A DNA stretch of 64,000 nt from an uncultured Candidatus Saccharibacteria bacterium (GCA_964565215.1 CAZMCO010000001.1:2025-66024), one strand, 5' to 3'; counted from the stretch's first letter, positions 36,152 to 47,756 are shown. Program-made: numbers and translations. Notes: a model not told the origin generated them from the letters alone.

Positions 36152-37249
36152 ATGCCAACCACCCAAACATTTAAAGCAATTTATTTTCCTGATTTTAAAG
36201 AAGTAAATCCTAAATCAAAGGGTTTGATTTTAGCTTTCGGCGAAAAAAACAAAGATCTATACAAAAATATCGCCGATTTGGAAAGTAATGAAATTAGGAA
36301 TTTGCTTGGAACTGATTCATATATTGAACTCGAACAACGGGCTAAAGAAGAAGGTTTGCCAGTAAATACTTATTGTCTTTGGTATTTGCGGAAAAATGTA
36401 TTTGCTGAAGAGGAAATAATCAACAATAACGATTCAAAAGAAAAACCTATCTCCCATTTCTCTAATAATGTAATTGAAGGTGATTGTTTAGAGGTTATGA
36501 AAGAAATTCCGCCAAAATCAATCGATATGATTTTATGTGATTTGCCCTATGGCACTACTCAAAATAGTTGGGATAGTCTTATTCCGCTTGATCTGCTTTG
36601 GGAGCAATATGAACGTATTATTAAAGATCAAGGCGTTATTGCTCTAACTGCACAAGGTTTATTTACTGCAAATCTATCTTTGTCAAATCCAAGATTATTT
36701 AAATATAAGATTACTTGGGTAAAATCAAAGCCAACCAATTTCCTTAATGCCAAAAAGCAACCATTACGTAAACATGAGGATATTTGTATTTTTTACAAAA
36801 AACAGCCTGAATATAATCCACAAATGACTTATGGCGAACCTTATAATAAAGGATTCCGAAAAGATCAATTAACTGGAAGTTATGGTGATTTTAAAACCGT
36901 AGAAGTAAAAAGCAATGGCGAAAGATATCCGACCGATGTTATTTATTTTAAAACAGCCGAAAGTGAAGGGGAAGTCTACCATCCTACTCAAAAGCCAGTT
37001 GAGCTTGGCCGTTATTTAATTCGCACCTTTACCAAGACCGATGAGATTGTATTAGATAATACTTGTGGGAGTGGAAGCTTCCTTGTTTCCGCAGTTTTAG
37101 AAGGCAGAAAATTTATTGGCATTGAAAAAAATCAAGAAGTTTATCTTTTCAAAAAACACCGAGTAGATTATATTGATGTTTGCAAACAGAGAATTAAAAA
37201 AGCACAAGAACAATACAAAATAGAAAGCAGTAAAGTAAAGCTTTTCTAA
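36152..37249 (+). CDS. N4/N6 DNA methyltransferase (beta-class order) with N-terminal extension
   Basis: GDCLEVM, CDLPYG (motif IV), HPTQKP, LDNTCGSGS (motif I). Confidence 0.9.
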   Translation: MPTTQTFKAIYFPDFKEVNPKSKGLILAFGEKNKDLYKNIADLESNEIRNLLGTDSYIELEQRAKEEGLPVNTYCLWYLRKNVFAEEEIINNNDSKEKPISHFSNNVIEGDCLEVMKEIPPKSIDMILCDLPYGTTQNSWDSLIPLDLLWEQYERIIKDQGVIALTAQGLFTANLSLSNPRLFKYKITWVKSKPTNFLNAKKQPLRKHEDICIFYKKQPEYNPQMTYGEPYNKGFRKDQLTGSYGDFKTVEVKSNGERYPTDVIYFKTAESEGEVYHPTQKPVELGRYLIRTFTKTDEIVLDNTCGSGSFLVSAVLEGRKFIGIEKNQEVYLFKKHRVDYIDVCKQRIKKAQEQYKIESSKVKLF

Positions 37250-38163
37250 ATCCCGCTATATGGTTCTTCCTGTAATATTTTTCTGGCTTCTTCTATTTCA
37301 TCCTCACTTAAAATTCCTTTCTCTTTTAGCCAATTTAATAAATGAAAATATTGGTTTGAATGCAAAATCGGCTTTACGATTTTACTAAGGCCGGTTTCTT
37401 TTTTTATAAATTCAAGATGTTTTTGCGACAGTATACCTCTGCCAATTAAATCGTAAGCGATTCTTAATGCATCAACAGAGGTTAAATTTAAATCGCCAAT
37501 GTGGTTTTTGTCTTTTTTAACATCTGTTTGTTCAATTTCTAAAAGATCTTTTATTTTACTCAAACCGTTTAGATTTCGATTATAAAACTCAATCTCTTGA
37601 CCACGGTAAGTAAACCAGGTTCGTCCTTGCTCTGTAAGAGAGCCGCGTGGCAAATAAACGCCTTCGCGCGCTACTCTTTTCTTTGAAGCCCAACCGCAAA
37701 TATAAAGTGTCCATTTTCTTTGTCTGGCAGTTCCTGGAAGTTCTCTATTTTTAGGTGTTTCAAGATGAGTCATTAAATAAATATCTGTATCAAGTTGTTC
37801 GTCATAAATCTGCCTGGCAAAAAAATTATGTTTTGCTTCTCTTGTGATACCATCGTTGCTTTCGTATTCCTCTTTGAAAGGCAAAGCTCCGCCTCTACAT
37901 TTTACATCTAATTTTACACCAGATGATAGTAAAATATCATAGCCCAAAGGATGATCTTCGGGATTAACTTCTGGCATTCCCAATTTATTCCTGATAACCA
38001 TCTCTGCCAAAGCTCCAAATCCTTGTTCTTCTTTACTGCCTCGTTCTGCACCAGTTATATTTTGATTTTTGGTAATATATTCTGCGGCTTTTTGTCTCAA
38101 ATCAAAACCAAGCTCATCGGTAAGCTTTATGGTAATTGGTTTTGGATGATGATATTTATACAT
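37246..38163 (-). CDS. Putative type II restriction endonuclease (PD-(D/E)xK)
   Basis: GALAE...GYD...LDVK catalytic pattern; convergent with the MTase. Confidence 0.7.
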   Translation of the reverse strand: MYKYHHPKPITIKLTDELGFDLRQKAAEYITKNQNITGAERGSKEEQGFGALAEMVIRNKLGMPEVNPEDHPLGYDILLSSGVKLDVKCRGGALPFKEEYESNDGITREAKHNFFARQIYDEQLDTDIYLMTHLETPKNRELPGTARQRKWTLYICGWASKKRVAREGVYLPRGSLTEQGRTWFTYRGQEIEFYNRNLNGLSKIKDLLEIEQTDVKKDKNHIGDLNLTSVDALRIAYDLIGRGILSQKHLEFIKKETGLSKIVKPILHSNQYFHLLNWLKEKGILSEDEIEEARKILQEEPYSGI

Positions 38164-38189
38164 AATTTAAAAAAGTTCGAAATTGGACG

Positions 38190-38280
<91 letters not shown>

Positions 38281-38353
38281 TTATTGCCTAAACTACCATA
38301 TTTTAAGACCTTTGGTCAAATAAAATAGCCGCTTGAGACGACTATTTTTTTTG

Positions 38354-38427
38354 TGGGCGGTGGAGGACTCGAACCCCCGACCTCTTCAGTGTAAATGAAG
38401 CACTCTAACCAACTGAGCTAACCGCCC
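38354..38427 (-). tRNA. tRNA-Val(TAC)
   Basis: GGGCGGT/ACCGCCC-A, loop TTTACAC. Confidence 0.94.
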
Positions 38428-38489
38428 ATAATAGAATTTATTCTACCAGAAATTTTTTAAAAAAGCCAGTTTTCTGATATAATTTATAT

Positions 38490-39686
38490 ATGTTTCCGTC
38501 ATTAGAAAAAAAATATTTTGATGTGCCTTTAACTCATGGTTTTGTTTCTCTATATACTGGTAAGGCCATTATCATGATTGCTTCAGCTCTTTTGGGTATA
38601 TTTTTGCCGATTTTTTTATATGAACTTTTTAATCAGAGTTTTCGAGCCGTAGTTATTTATTATGGATTGGGTTATTTTTTCTATGGTTTAACTGTAGCTC
38701 TGGGCGGAAAATTTTTAAATAAATTTGGTTTTAGAAGGGCCTTACGGGTTAGTGTTTTTCTAGGTGCTTTATTCTACGTTATTTTTTATTTTATTGACCA
38801 GGGTAATCTCAAATATCTAATTCCTTTTTCTATTATTGTTCTAACTTTCTATCGTTTATCTTATTGGTTGCCTTATCATATTGATTTTGCTAAATTTACT
38901 GACAAAAAAGACAGAGGTCGACAAGTTGGTGTGGTTGAGGCGACCCGCTCTGCCTTCCAAGTCTTTGCTCCTTTAATTGCTGGTTTTATTGTGCTTCGCT
39001 TTAGCTTTGATGTTCTTTTTGTTATTACCATTATTCTTTTTTTTACTTCGGGTATTCCTTATTTAACTATTCCGCTGACTCGGGAAAAATTTAGCTGGAC
39101 TTTGAAAGAAACTTGGCAGCAATTTTTTTCAAGAAGAAGAAGGAAAATGGTCTTAGCCTATATGGCCTTTGGGGCAGAGAATGTCATTACTTTAGTTGTC
39201 TGGCCAATTTTTATTTACCAGCTTTTAAAAGGAAATTATTTTAATATAGGAGCGATATCTACTTTAATTATTGGAACAACTGTCATTATCCAACTTATTT
39301 TAGGTAGATATATTGATTTAAAAACTTCTAAAGAAAGAGTTTTGGGCTGGGGGAGTTTCTTTTATTCTTTGGGCTGGCTGATTAAAATTTTCATTACTAC
39401 TGCTTTTCAGATTTTTGTGGTTGGTACTTATCATAGTCTAGCTTATATTTTTTTCCGGACTCCTTTCGATGCTTTAAGTTATGAAATATCAGCTGACCAG
39501 GGGCACTATGTAGATGAATTTACTGTCTTGCGCGAAATGGCCTCTATGTTTGGCAGGAGTTTAATGGTTATTTTAGTTATTTTGGTTTCTTTTTATTTTT
39601 CCATCCAATGGATTTTTATCTTAGCGGCTCTAGCGGCTGTTATTGTTAATTTACTTAGAAGAGTAAAGCAAGAAAGATTTGTTTAA
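38490..39686 (+). CDS. MFS-type transporter
   Basis: About 12 TMs in two halves, G.FLNKFGFRR loop motif. Confidence 0.75.
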   Translation: MFPSLEKKYFDVPLTHGFVSLYTGKAIIMIASALLGIFLPIFLYELFNQSFRAVVIYYGLGYFFYGLTVALGGKFLNKFGFRRALRVSVFLGALFYVIFYFIDQGNLKYLIPFSIIVLTFYRLSYWLPYHIDFAKFTDKKDRGRQVGVVEATRSAFQVFAPLIAGFIVLRFSFDVLFVITIILFFTSGIPYLTIPLTREKFSWTLKETWQQFFSRRRRKMVLAYMAFGAENVITLVVWPIFIYQLLKGNYFNIGAISTLIIGTTVIIQLILGRYIDLKTSKERVLGWGSFFYSLGWLIKIFITTAFQIFVVGTYHSLAYIFFRTPFDALSYEISADQGHYVDEFTVLREMASMFGRSLMVILVILVSFYFSIQWIFILAALAAVIVNLLRRVKQERFV

Positions 39687-39695
39687 TTATCAAAC

Positions 39696-39724
39696 AAAAA
39701 TCACCCATCTGGGGTGATTTTTTA
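39696..39724. terminator. Bidirectional terminator
   Basis: AAAAATCACCC...GGGTGATTTTT. Confidence 0.75.
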
Positions 39725-39811
39725 TGGTGCCCAGGGCGGGACTCGAACCCGCATGCCCCGAAAGGCACAGCTCCTCAAGCTGCTGTGTATACCGAATTCC
39801 ACCACCTGGGC
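39725..39811 (-). tRNA. tRNA-Leu(GAG)
   Basis: GCCCAGG/CCTGGGC-A-CCA, loop TTGAGGA. Confidence 0.94.
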
Positions 39812-39812
39812 T

Positions 39813-40169
39813 TTATTTTTTTTGTTTGGCAATAATTTCCTTGAGCCGAGCTTCTTTAGCTGATTTCTGGCGAATATAGTAAAGTTTAGCTCGCCGGACT
39901 TTGTGTTTTTTGACTACTTCTATTTTTTCAATAGTCGGTGAATGAATTGGGAAGATTCTTTCAATGCCAACTCCTTGGCTGATTTTCCTGACAGTGATAG
40001 TGGAATTAATCCCTCGGCCATGTTTTCGGGCAATAACCAAACCTTCAAAGACTTGAATTCTCTCTTTGTCGCCTTCTTTGATTTTTTGATGAACCCGGAC
40101 TGTATAGCCGGATCTAATTTCGGGAATCTTCTTTAATTGTTTTTTATTAAATGAATCAAGTTTGTCCAT
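39813..40169 (-). CDS. rplS: 50S ribosomal protein bL19
   Basis: [32 protein letters not shown]. Confidence 0.97.
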   Translation of the reverse strand: MDKLDSFNKKQLKKIPEIRSGYTVRVHQKIKEGDKERIQVFEGLVIARKHGRGINSTITVRKISQGVGIERIFPIHSPTIEKIEVVKKHKVRRAKLYYIRQKSAKEARLKEIIAKQKK

Positions 40170-40822
40170 AAATCTTTGGCTAATTCTGATTTGAATTTAA
40201 CTAGTTTACCATTAGGCAGACGAAATTTCAAGTAAGCCGCATGGAGAAATTGTCTTTTTAAACCAACTAATTCCGGCTGTCTTTTAAATTTATATTGTTT
40301 ATCTCCAGCAATCGGATGACCAATTGAAGCCAAATGGACTCTAATTTGATGAGTCCGGCCGGTTTTAATCCTGACTTCTAGCAAAGTATAATCCTTAAAT
40401 CTTTTTAAAATCTTATATTCAGTCCAAGCCTTTTTAGCTTTTTCATCTAGTAAGGCGCTTCTTTTTTTATGGTCTTTTTTAGATAAACTGATGGCTTTAG
40501 TAATTGTCCCTTTTTTATCTTTAACCTGGCCAATGACTAAAGCTAAATATTTTTTAATAACTTTTCTTTCTTGGAATTGCTTTTTTAAATATTCAAAAGC
40601 AGAATTATTTTTAGCTATTATTATTAAACCAGAGGTATCTTTATCTAAACGATGAACAATGCCCGGCCGTAAAGAATCATCGCCAACATCTTTTATTTTT
40701 GGACAATAAGAGAGTATTTGATTAACTAAAGTATTCTTCGTTGATTTATTAACGGGGTGAACTAATAAACCAGCTGGTTTGTCAATGACAAGAATATCAT
40801 TATCTTCGAAGATGACTTTCAT
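40133..40822 (-). CDS. RluA-family pseudouridine synthase
   Basis: [27 protein letters not shown]; true start MKVIFED because the ORF extension runs through a tRNA. Confidence 0.93.
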   Translation of the reverse strand: MKVIFEDNDILVIDKPAGLLVHPVNKSTKNTLVNQILSYCPKIKDVGDDSLRPGIVHRLDKDTSGLIIIAKNNSAFEYLKKQFQERKVIKKYLALVIGQVKDKKGTITKAISLSKKDHKKRSALLDEKAKKAWTEYKILKRFKDYTLLEVRIKTGRTHQIRVHLASIGHPIAGDKQYKFKRQPELVGLKRQFLHAAYLKFRLPNGKLVKFKSELAKDLWTNLIHLIKNN

Positions 40823-40823
40823 G

Positions 40824-40895
40824 TGGACCAGGTGGGAATCGGACCCACGACCTTCTCTGTGCAAAAGAGATATTCTACCACTGAACTACTGGCCC
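40824..40895 (-). tRNA. tRNA-Ala(TGC) with atypical T-loop TCCGATT
   Basis: GGGCCAG/CTGGTCC-A with G3-U70, loop TTTGCAC. Confidence 0.88.
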
Positions 40896-40915
40896 TGGCT
40901 AAATATATATTTTAG

Positions 40916-40989
40916 TGGGCGGTAGAGGACTCGAACCTCTGACCTCGTCGATGTCAACGACGCACTCTAACCAGCTGAGCTAACCGCCC
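40916..40989 (-). tRNA. tRNA-Val(GAC)
   Basis: GGGCGGT/ACCGCCC-A, loop TTGACAT. Confidence 0.94.
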
Positions 40990-40990
40990 T

Positions 40991-41065
40991 TGGTGGGCGT
41001 GCCAGGATTCGAACCTGGGACCTTGGCCTTATAAGAGCCCTGCTCTGCCACTGAGCTACACGCCC
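40991..41065 (-). tRNA. tRNA-Ile(TAT)
   Basis: GGGCGTG/CACGCCC-A-CCA, loop CTTATAA. Confidence 0.9.
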
Positions 41066-41115
41066 AAAACGTTATTATTCTATCTAATTTTAATCATTTG
41101 GTCAATCTTTTTTAA

Positions 41116-41158
41116 AAAATGAGGCGATGGTTTTTTATTGTACCATCGCCTCTTGTTT
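41116..41158 (-). terminator. Terminator after HAD gene
   Basis: GAGGCGATGGT...ACCATCGCCTC hairpin. Confidence 0.75.
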
Positions 41159-41825
41159 AAAGCCCTAGGAAACTTGGTAAATCAGCAATTGATTCTATAA
41201 TATTCTGGGCACCTGCTTCTTTAAATTCTTTTTCGGTGGCTGCTCCGGTGGGAACGCCGATGAATTCAATTTGGGCTGCTTGAGTGGCTTGTAAGTCATA
41301 TAGAGTGTCGGCTACATACACGAGATTTTCTTTGGTAATGCCGATCCGTTCGAATTTTTCAAGAGTAGGTCTAAATGTTTTTAGTTCTGGTCCCTGAAGG
41401 CTGTAACCATTCGGTGCCTGAATAAAGAAAAAAATATCAGAAGGAATAGCCGTATTATCTAGATGCAAAGTAAGAGTTTCTTGATCACGGCTGGTAAGTA
41501 GAGAAATCAATAGACCGACTTCCTTTAATTTGGCTAGAGAAAAGAGAGTATCAGGGAAAAGGAGATATCTGTTTTTGACGCCTGATTTCATATAATCTCT
41601 AACGTATTCCTCCATAAAGCTCTTGGCAATTGAGATGGGCCAAATAGCCTTAATTACATTTGCCCAAGGAAGTCCCCATAATTGCCTTAGTTGCTCATAG
41701 TCAGGCACTGGATATCCTTTAAGTTGGGCAAATCTTTGGTGTTCCTGGATACTTCGTTCGGTGGAATCAATGATCACCCCGTCAAAGTCCAAAATCAGTC
41801 CTTTAGTAGATCTTTTCAGATTCAT
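41157..41825 (-). CDS. HAD-family phosphatase
   Basis: LDFDGVIIDS, LLTSR, YVADT..D; SD AAAGGAGAGG. Confidence 0.88.
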   Translation of the reverse strand: MNLKRSTKGLILDFDGVIIDSTERSIQEHQRFAQLKGYPVPDYEQLRQLWGLPWANVIKAIWPISIAKSFMEEYVRDYMKSGVKNRYLLFPDTLFSLAKLKEVGLLISLLTSRDQETLTLHLDNTAIPSDIFFFIQAPNGYSLQGPELKTFRPTLEKFERIGITKENLVYVADTLYDLQATQAAQIEFIGVPTGAATEKEFKEAGAQNIIESIADLPSFLGL

Positions 41826-41864
41826 TAACCTCTCCTTTCGTTACAGTTTTTGTTAAGGGTCTAA

Positions 41865-43688
41865 TTAAACTTTCTTCTTCATCAAGCTGGCAAATTCTTT
41901 TCGTTCAATGGTTTCTTTTTTGATTAGCGTTTTGGCTATTTGGTCTAATTTTTTTCTCTTTTCAGTGAGGATTTTTTTGGCTGTTCGATAAGCATTATCA
42001 ATAAACTTAGCTACTTCTTTATCAATTTGGGCAGCTACTTCTTCAGAATAATCTTTTGCCGTGGCAATTTCCCGGCCCAAGAAAACTAATTCTTCTTTGC
42101 CGCCAAAAGTTACCGGGCCTAATTTTTCACTCATACCGTATTTTGTCACTAAGCGCCTGGCTAATTCAGTCGCTTTTAGTAAATCACTGGACGCGCCAGT
42201 GGTTAATTCGTTAAAGACCAATTCTTCGGCCACATAACCGCCTATTAAAACAGCTAATTCATCTATGAATTCAGAGCGGCTGTGAAGATGTCTATCTTCA
42301 ATAGGTAATTTAAGAGTATAACCAGCTGCTTCCCCGCGGGCAATAATGGAAACCTTTTGGACTGGATCAGTGTGAGTTAAAGAGGAAATGATTAAAGCAT
42401 GACCTGCTTCGTGGTAAGCAGCAATTTCTTTTTCTTTTTTGGAGAGAATATGGCTTTTCCTTTCTGGTCCTAAAAGGACTTTTTCAATACATTCGCGTAG
42501 TTCGTCTTGGTTAATTTTTTTCTTATTGCGCCGGGCGGCTAAGATAGCCGCTTCATTAACTAAATTAGCTAAATCAGCTCCTGAAAAACCAGGTGTTCTT
42601 TCAGCAATTTCCCGCAGGTTAACCTTTTCTTCTAAAGGTTTATTTCTGGCATGGATTTTAAGAATGTGTTCTCGATCTTTTAAATCAGGCAGATTTAAAA
42701 TAATTCTTCGGTCAAAGCGACCTGGCCGCAAAAGAGCTGGATCAAGAACGTCAGGCCGATTAGTGGCTGAAATTAATATAATCCCCGTATTTGGATCAAA
42801 ACCATCCATCTCCACTAAAATCTGATTTAAGGTTTGTTCTCTTTCATCATGGCCGCCGCCTAAACCAGCTCCTCGCTGCCGGCCAATCGCATCAAGCTCG
42901 TCAATAAAAATCAAAGCCGGCGCGTTCTTCTTGGCTGTATTAAATAAATCTCTTACTCTACTAGAACCGACTCCGACAAACATTTCGACGAACTCTGAAC
43001 CAGAGACACTAAAGAAAGGAACGCTGGCTTCCGAAGCGATGGCCCGAGCAAGAAGGGTCTTACCTGTGCCCGGGGCTCCAACCAGCAAAACCCCTTTAGG
43101 AATTTTAGCTCCTAAATTAACGAATTTTTTAGGGTTTTTTAGAAATTCAACTATTTCTTCTAATTCTTCTTTAGCTTCTTTAAGGCCAGCTACATCTTTA
43201 AAGGTAACTCTGTCTTTTTTATCTTTAGGACTAAATAGACGAGCTCGCGAGCGACCAAAGCTAAAGGCCTGCATTTGACCGCGCTGGGCTCCCCGAAACA
43301 TAAACCAGAAGAAAAAACCAATAATCAATAAAGGTAAAAGAAAAGGCAGAATAGCTCCTAACCAAAAAGCGAGACCGCTTTTTTCTTTTATTTCTAAATT
43401 AACTAATTTAAGCTTTTCTGAATCAAGGCCGTAATTTTTCAAGGATTCGGTTAAAGAGGCCTCTTTTTCTTTAGTCGCTTTTTCATTAGAACCATCTTTT
43501 AATTCAATTTCCAATAGATCGCCTTTAATGACAATTTTTGAAACATTTTCTTGATTGATTTGCTCGACTAATTGACTCAAAGAGACCTCGTCTGGTTTTT
43601 CAGCTGGCCTACTAAGTAAAGTGAAAAATCCGGCAATGGTTAAAAAAGCCAGAAAAGCAATAAGTAAGTTTTTGAGAAGGTATTTCAT
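41865..43688 (-). CDS. ftsH: ATP-dependent zinc metalloprotease FtsH
   Basis: 2 TMs, [26 protein letters not shown]. Confidence 0.97.
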   Translation of the reverse strand: MKYLLKNLLIAFLAFLTIAGFFTLLSRPAEKPDEVSLSQLVEQINQENVSKIVIKGDLLEIELKDGSNEKATKEKEASLTESLKNYGLDSEKLKLVNLEIKEKSGLAFWLGAILPFLLPLLIIGFFFWFMFRGAQRGQMQAFSFGRSRARLFSPKDKKDRVTFKDVAGLKEAKEELEEIVEFLKNPKKFVNLGAKIPKGVLLVGAPGTGKTLLARAIASEASVPFFSVSGSEFVEMFVGVGSSRVRDLFNTAKKNAPALIFIDELDAIGRQRGAGLGGGHDEREQTLNQILVEMDGFDPNTGIILISATNRPDVLDPALLRPGRFDRRIILNLPDLKDREHILKIHARNKPLEEKVNLREIAERTPGFSGADLANLVNEAAILAARRNKKKINQDELRECIEKVLLGPERKSHILSKKEKEIAAYHEAGHALIISSLTHTDPVQKVSIIARGEAAGYTLKLPIEDRHLHSRSEFIDELAVLIGGYVAEELVFNELTTGASSDLLKATELARRLVTKYGMSEKLGPVTFGGKEELVFLGREIATAKDYSEEVAAQIDKEVAKFIDNAYRTAKKILTEKRKKLDQIAKTLIKKETIERKEFASLMKKKV

Positions 43689-43689
43689 A

Positions 43690-44274
43690 TTAGGTCAAAT
43701 CCTTAGCTTTTTCTGAAACAATTAATTTATCTGTTTTTTGATCTAAATCAATAATTTTAACTTTCATTTCTTGGCCGACAAATTTATTAAGTTGATCAAG
43801 AATTTTCTCTTTGTCGCCGTCTTCTACCCGAGGATAATTTTTGTTAGATAATTGGGAAACTGGTAGAAAACCGGATAAACCAGATGATTTAATAATTAAT
43901 CCCCCTCGATTAGCTTCAATTACTTTAACTACGATTACCTTGCCAGTTTGTTTTTTTTCTTTAATAGTCAGCCAAGCTTTTTCTAAATTAGCTTCTCTTA
44001 GAGAAAGTTCGACATAACCGTCTTCATTTTCTGGGTCTAAAACTAGAGCAGAGACATTTTGACCAATTTTTAAATCTTTGAGGATATCTTTATCTTCTCG
44101 TAATTCACCACCATAAACAATGCCAGTACCTAAGGGACCTAGGTCTAAAATAAGGGCATTTTTGCTTATTTTAATAAGACGACCTTCAACTAAATCTCCT
44201 AACTGAGGCAAGTGAGGCACTTGTTTATCTTTTATTAATAATTCTTTTAATGAATTTGATTCTTTTTTAGTCAT
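43690..44274 (-). CDS. rpsA: Short S1 RNA-binding protein (two S1 domains; reduced bS1)
   Basis: [33 protein letters not shown]. Confidence 0.75.
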   Translation of the reverse strand: MTKKESNSLKELLIKDKQVPHLPQLGDLVEGRLIKISKNALILDLGPLGTGIVYGGELREDKDILKDLKIGQNVSALVLDPENEDGYVELSLREANLEKAWLTIKEKKQTGKVIVVKVIEANRGGLIIKSSGLSGFLPVSQLSNKNYPRVEDGDKEKILDQLNKFVGQEMKVKIIDLDQKTDKLIVSEKAKDLT

Positions 44275-44341
44275 GTTTACTCAAAGTATAACCCGAGATT
44301 GTTAGCTTGGCAAGGGAAGGAAGATATGATAGAATAATTAT

Positions 44342-44986
44342 ATGACTATATCTTGGTATGGCCACTCTTGTTTTAAAATTACTAATCAAGGTGGTCATCT
44401 AACTATTATCACTGACCCTTTTGATAAAAGTATTGGCTTAACGCCGCCACGCGGTAACGCTGATATTGTCACTATCTCTCACGATCATTATGATCATAAC
44501 AATGTCAAGGCAATTAGCGGTCAGCCCTTTATTATTAATGGTCCAGGAGAATATGAAATTAAAGGAATTAAGATTGTTGGTTGTTCAAGCTTTCATGATA
44601 AAAAGCAAGGGCAAGAAAGAGGATTAAATACTATTTATTTAATAGAGCTTGATAGAATCAAAATTTGTCATTTAGGCGATTTTGGCCAAGAACGATTAGA
44701 AAACGGACAATTAGAAACAATTGGCCAGGTAGACATTTTAATCATTCCCATTGGCAATACTTATACAATAGGAGCCTCAGAAGCAGTTAAAATAGCTGAA
44801 CAAATTGAACCGCATCTGATTATTCCTATGCATTACAAACTGCCCAATTTAAAAATTGGTTTAGCCGGTTTGGGGGAATTTTTAAAAGAGATGGGGTTAG
44901 AAAAGAAATCAGCTGTTGATAAGCTGACTGTTAAAAAGAAGGACCTGATTGGCAAAGAGATGGAAATAGTCACCTTTAAGTATTAA
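44342..44986 (+). CDS. MBL-fold metallo-hydrolase
   Basis: WYGHSCF, TDPF, SHDHYDH, HLGD, IPMHY. Confidence 0.9.
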   Translation: MTISWYGHSCFKITNQGGHLTIITDPFDKSIGLTPPRGNADIVTISHDHYDHNNVKAISGQPFIINGPGEYEIKGIKIVGCSSFHDKKQGQERGLNTIYLIELDRIKICHLGDFGQERLENGQLETIGQVDILIIPIGNTYTIGASEAVKIAEQIEPHLIIPMHYKLPNLKIGLAGLGEFLKEMGLEKKSAVDKLTVKKKDLIGKEMEIVTFKY

Positions 44987-44990
44987 GCTG

Positions 44991-45293
44991 ATGTCCTTAA
45001 TTAATTTTATCCAAAAAATTCAACGAAAGCCGCGTTATATCCGCCTGCGAGTACTATGGTTGGCTGTTTTTATTTGTATGTTTTTTATTGTCTCTATTTG
45101 GATAGTTTCTTTTAAGAAGGCAGAGGAACCCTTGGAAGAAATAAAAAAGGGAGCGCCTTCCTTAAAAGAGACGCTTAAGGCAAGTATCGGAGCATTCTTT
45201 GAAAAAAATTTAGAAAGCCAAGAGGAAAGCATTGAACAAGTTTCAAAAGAACCAAGAGAAATCAAGCCAGCTAAGCTACCCTTAGCAGAATAA
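44991..45293 (+). CDS. Single-TM hypothetical protein
   Basis: One TM helix, operonic spacing. Confidence 0.6.
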   Translation: MSLINFIQKIQRKPRYIRLRVLWLAVFICMFFIVSIWIVSFKKAEEPLEEIKKGAPSLKETLKASIGAFFEKNLESQEESIEQVSKEPREIKPAKLPLAE

Positions 45294-45295
45294 AA

Positions 45296-47746
45296 ATGGA
45301 AATAGGCCATATCAAGAAAAGAGAAATAACTGAAGAGATGAAAGAATCCTATTTGGATTATGCTATGAGCGTGATTGTGGCGCGGGCTCTGCCTGATGTT
45401 CGCGATGGTCTTAAACCAGTCCATCGCCGTATTTTATATGCCATGCACGGATTGGGGTTAGGCAGTACGGCTAGATACCGCAAATCAGCGGCTGTCGTGG
45501 GAGAAGTATTAGCAAAATTTCATCCACATGGCGATGTAGCTGTTTATGATTCTTTGACTAGAATGGCCCAAGATTTTTCTTTACGTTATCCATTAATTGA
45601 TGGACAGGGAAATTTTGGCTCAATCGACGGAGATAAAAGTGCCGCCATGAGATATACCGAAACACGTCTTTCTAAAATAGCCGAGGAAATGTTGGTTGAT
45701 ATTGATAAAGAGACAGTCGATTGGACTGATAACTATGATGGAACTCGGCAGGAACCAATGGTTTTACCGGCTAAGCTGCCTCAATTACTTTTAAACGGCT
45801 GTATGGGGATTGCCGTGGGCATGGCTACTAATATTCCACCTCATAATTTAGGAGAAATAGTTGACGGAATTATTTTTTTAATTGACCATCCTAAGGCAAC
45901 AGTTAAAGATCTTTTTAAATTTATTAAAGGACCAGATTTTCCTACCGGCGGAGAAATCTACGACCGTCAAGGAATGATTCAGACATACAGTACTGGCCGG
46001 GGACCGATTGTTAATCGGGCTAAGACCGAGATTATTGAAAGTGAAACAGGTAAATTTCAGATTATCATTAATCAGATGACTTACGGAGTCAATAAAGCAA
46101 ATTTGATTGCCAAGATTGCTGACTTAGTTAAAGATAAAAAAATTCAAGGGATTAAAGACATTCGCGATGAGTCGGATAAAGAAGGAATCAGGGTGGTTAT
46201 TGAACTTAAGGGTGATGTTCAGCCGCAGAAAATTCTTAATCGGCTTTTTAAGTTGACTGATTTACAAAAAACCTTTCATTTAAATATGCTTGCTTTGGTT
46301 AATGGGTTGCAGCCACAGGTCCTGCCTCTTAAGGGTTTTTTGGAAGAGTATATTAAGCATCGTCAGAAAGTAGTTACTCAACGGAGTCAATTTGAATTAA
46401 AACAAGCCAAAGAAAGAGCTCATATTTTAACTGGTTTAAGCAAGGCCTTAGATCATATCGATGCAGTCATTAATACAATTAAAAAATCGACGACCCGGGA
46501 AATAGCTCATCGGAATTTAATCAAAAAGTTTAAATTAAGCGAGCGCCAGGCAACGGCTATTTTAGAAATGAGATTACAGACCTTAGCTGGTTTAGAACAA
46601 AAAAAGATTAAAGATGAATTAGAGGAAAAGAGAAAAATAATTAAAGAATTAGAAACCCTGTTAAAAAGTTCTCGTAAAATCTTAAACTTAGTTAAAAAAG
46701 AACTTAAAGAAATAAGAGAAAAGTATGCTGATGAGCGTCGGACTAAAGTTTATCGTCAGCCAGTTGGTCAATTTAGTGATGAAGAGTTAGTTCCCCAAGA
46801 AGAATGCGTTATCATCTTGACTCAAGGCGGCTATATTAAAAGAGTTAATCCTCAATCTTATCGGGCTCAGAAAAGGGGCGGCAAGGGGATTGTTGGGATT
46901 ATTCCCCGAGAAGAAGATGCGGTTGGCTATTTCTTATCTGCTTCCACTCATGATGGCGTTTTATTCTTTACTGACCGAGGTCGGGTTTTTCAAACTAAGG
47001 CCTATGAGATTTCCGAGGCCAGTCGGACGGCTCGCGGTCAAGCCATTGTTAATATTTTACAATTATCTTCTCAAGAACAAGTAACCGCTGTCGTGACAAT
47101 TCAATCCAATAAAAAAGGAAAAGAGGAATCAAAGTATTTGTTGATGGCTACGGAAAATGGTATAATTAAAAGAACCAAAATAGAAGAATTTAGCCATGTT
47201 CGGCGGAATGGTTTGATGGCCATTAATCTAAAAAAAGGAGATAAGCTTAAATGGGCCAAACTTACTTCTGGTCAAGACGAAATTATTTTGGTTACTATTA
47301 AAGGACAGAGTATTCATTTTAAAGAAAGCGAAATCAGGCCAATCGGACGGACAGCTGCCGGTGTTAAGGGAATTGGGCTAAGAAAAGACGACAAAATGGT
47401 TGGCTTGGAGATAATTTTAGCGACTAGTCAAGAGCAAAGAGCAAAGACTAAATTATTAGTAGTTATGGAAAACGGCTTTGGCAAAAGAACTGATTTGAGA
47501 TATTATAAATTACAGAAAAGAGGTGGCTTAGGTATTAAGACGGCTAAGGCAACTGATAAAACAGGAGATATTGTGGCTAGCCAAATTTTGGGAGATGAAC
47601 AAGAAGATTTAATTGCTATTTCTAAAAAAGGCCAGGTGATTAGAACTAAACTCAAGAATATTCCTTCCTTGGGTCGGGCTACTCAAGGAGTAAAGATTAT
47701 GAAATTAGCTAAAGGAGATAAGGTTGCTTCAATAGCCTGTATTTAA
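45296..47746 (+). CDS. gyrA: DNA gyrase subunit A
   Basis: [24 protein letters not shown], GyrA-box QKRGGKG. Confidence 0.97.
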   Translation: MEIGHIKKREITEEMKESYLDYAMSVIVARALPDVRDGLKPVHRRILYAMHGLGLGSTARYRKSAAVVGEVLAKFHPHGDVAVYDSLTRMAQDFSLRYPLIDGQGNFGSIDGDKSAAMRYTETRLSKIAEEMLVDIDKETVDWTDNYDGTRQEPMVLPAKLPQLLLNGCMGIAVGMATNIPPHNLGEIVDGIIFLIDHPKATVKDLFKFIKGPDFPTGGEIYDRQGMIQTYSTGRGPIVNRAKTEIIESETGKFQIIINQMTYGVNKANLIAKIADLVKDKKIQGIKDIRDESDKEGIRVVIELKGDVQPQKILNRLFKLTDLQKTFHLNMLALVNGLQPQVLPLKGFLEEYIKHRQKVVTQRSQFELKQAKERAHILTGLSKALDHIDAVINTIKKSTTREIAHRNLIKKFKLSERQATAILEMRLQTLAGLEQKKIKDELEEKRKIIKELETLLKSSRKILNLVKKELKEIREKYADERRTKVYRQPVGQFSDEELVPQEECVIILTQGGYIKRVNPQSYRAQKRGGKGIVGIIPREEDAVGYFLSASTHDGVLFFTDRGRVFQTKAYEISEASRTARGQAIVNILQLSSQEQVTAVVTIQSNKKGKEESKYLLMATENGIIKRTKIEEFSHVRRNGLMAINLKKGDKLKWAKLTSGQDEIILVTIKGQSIHFKESEIRPIGRTAAGVKGIGLRKDDKMVGLEIILATSQEQRAKTKLLVVMENGFGKRTDLRYYKLQKRGGLGIKTAKATDKTGDIVASQILGDEQEDLIAISKKGQVIRTKLKNIPSLGRATQGVKIMKLAKGDKVASIACI

Positions 47747-47756
47747 CTAAAATTCT

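Noticed and set aside
40823-40864. N-terminal extension of the RluA ORF (MHREGRGSDSHLVH)
   Set aside because: It is the translation of tRNA-Ala; the real start is 40822
42439-43278. Antisense ORFs in ftsH (and similar ones in leuS, rel, topA, ftsA/Z, nrdJ, vanW and GT2)
   Set aside because: Shadow frames of conserved genes
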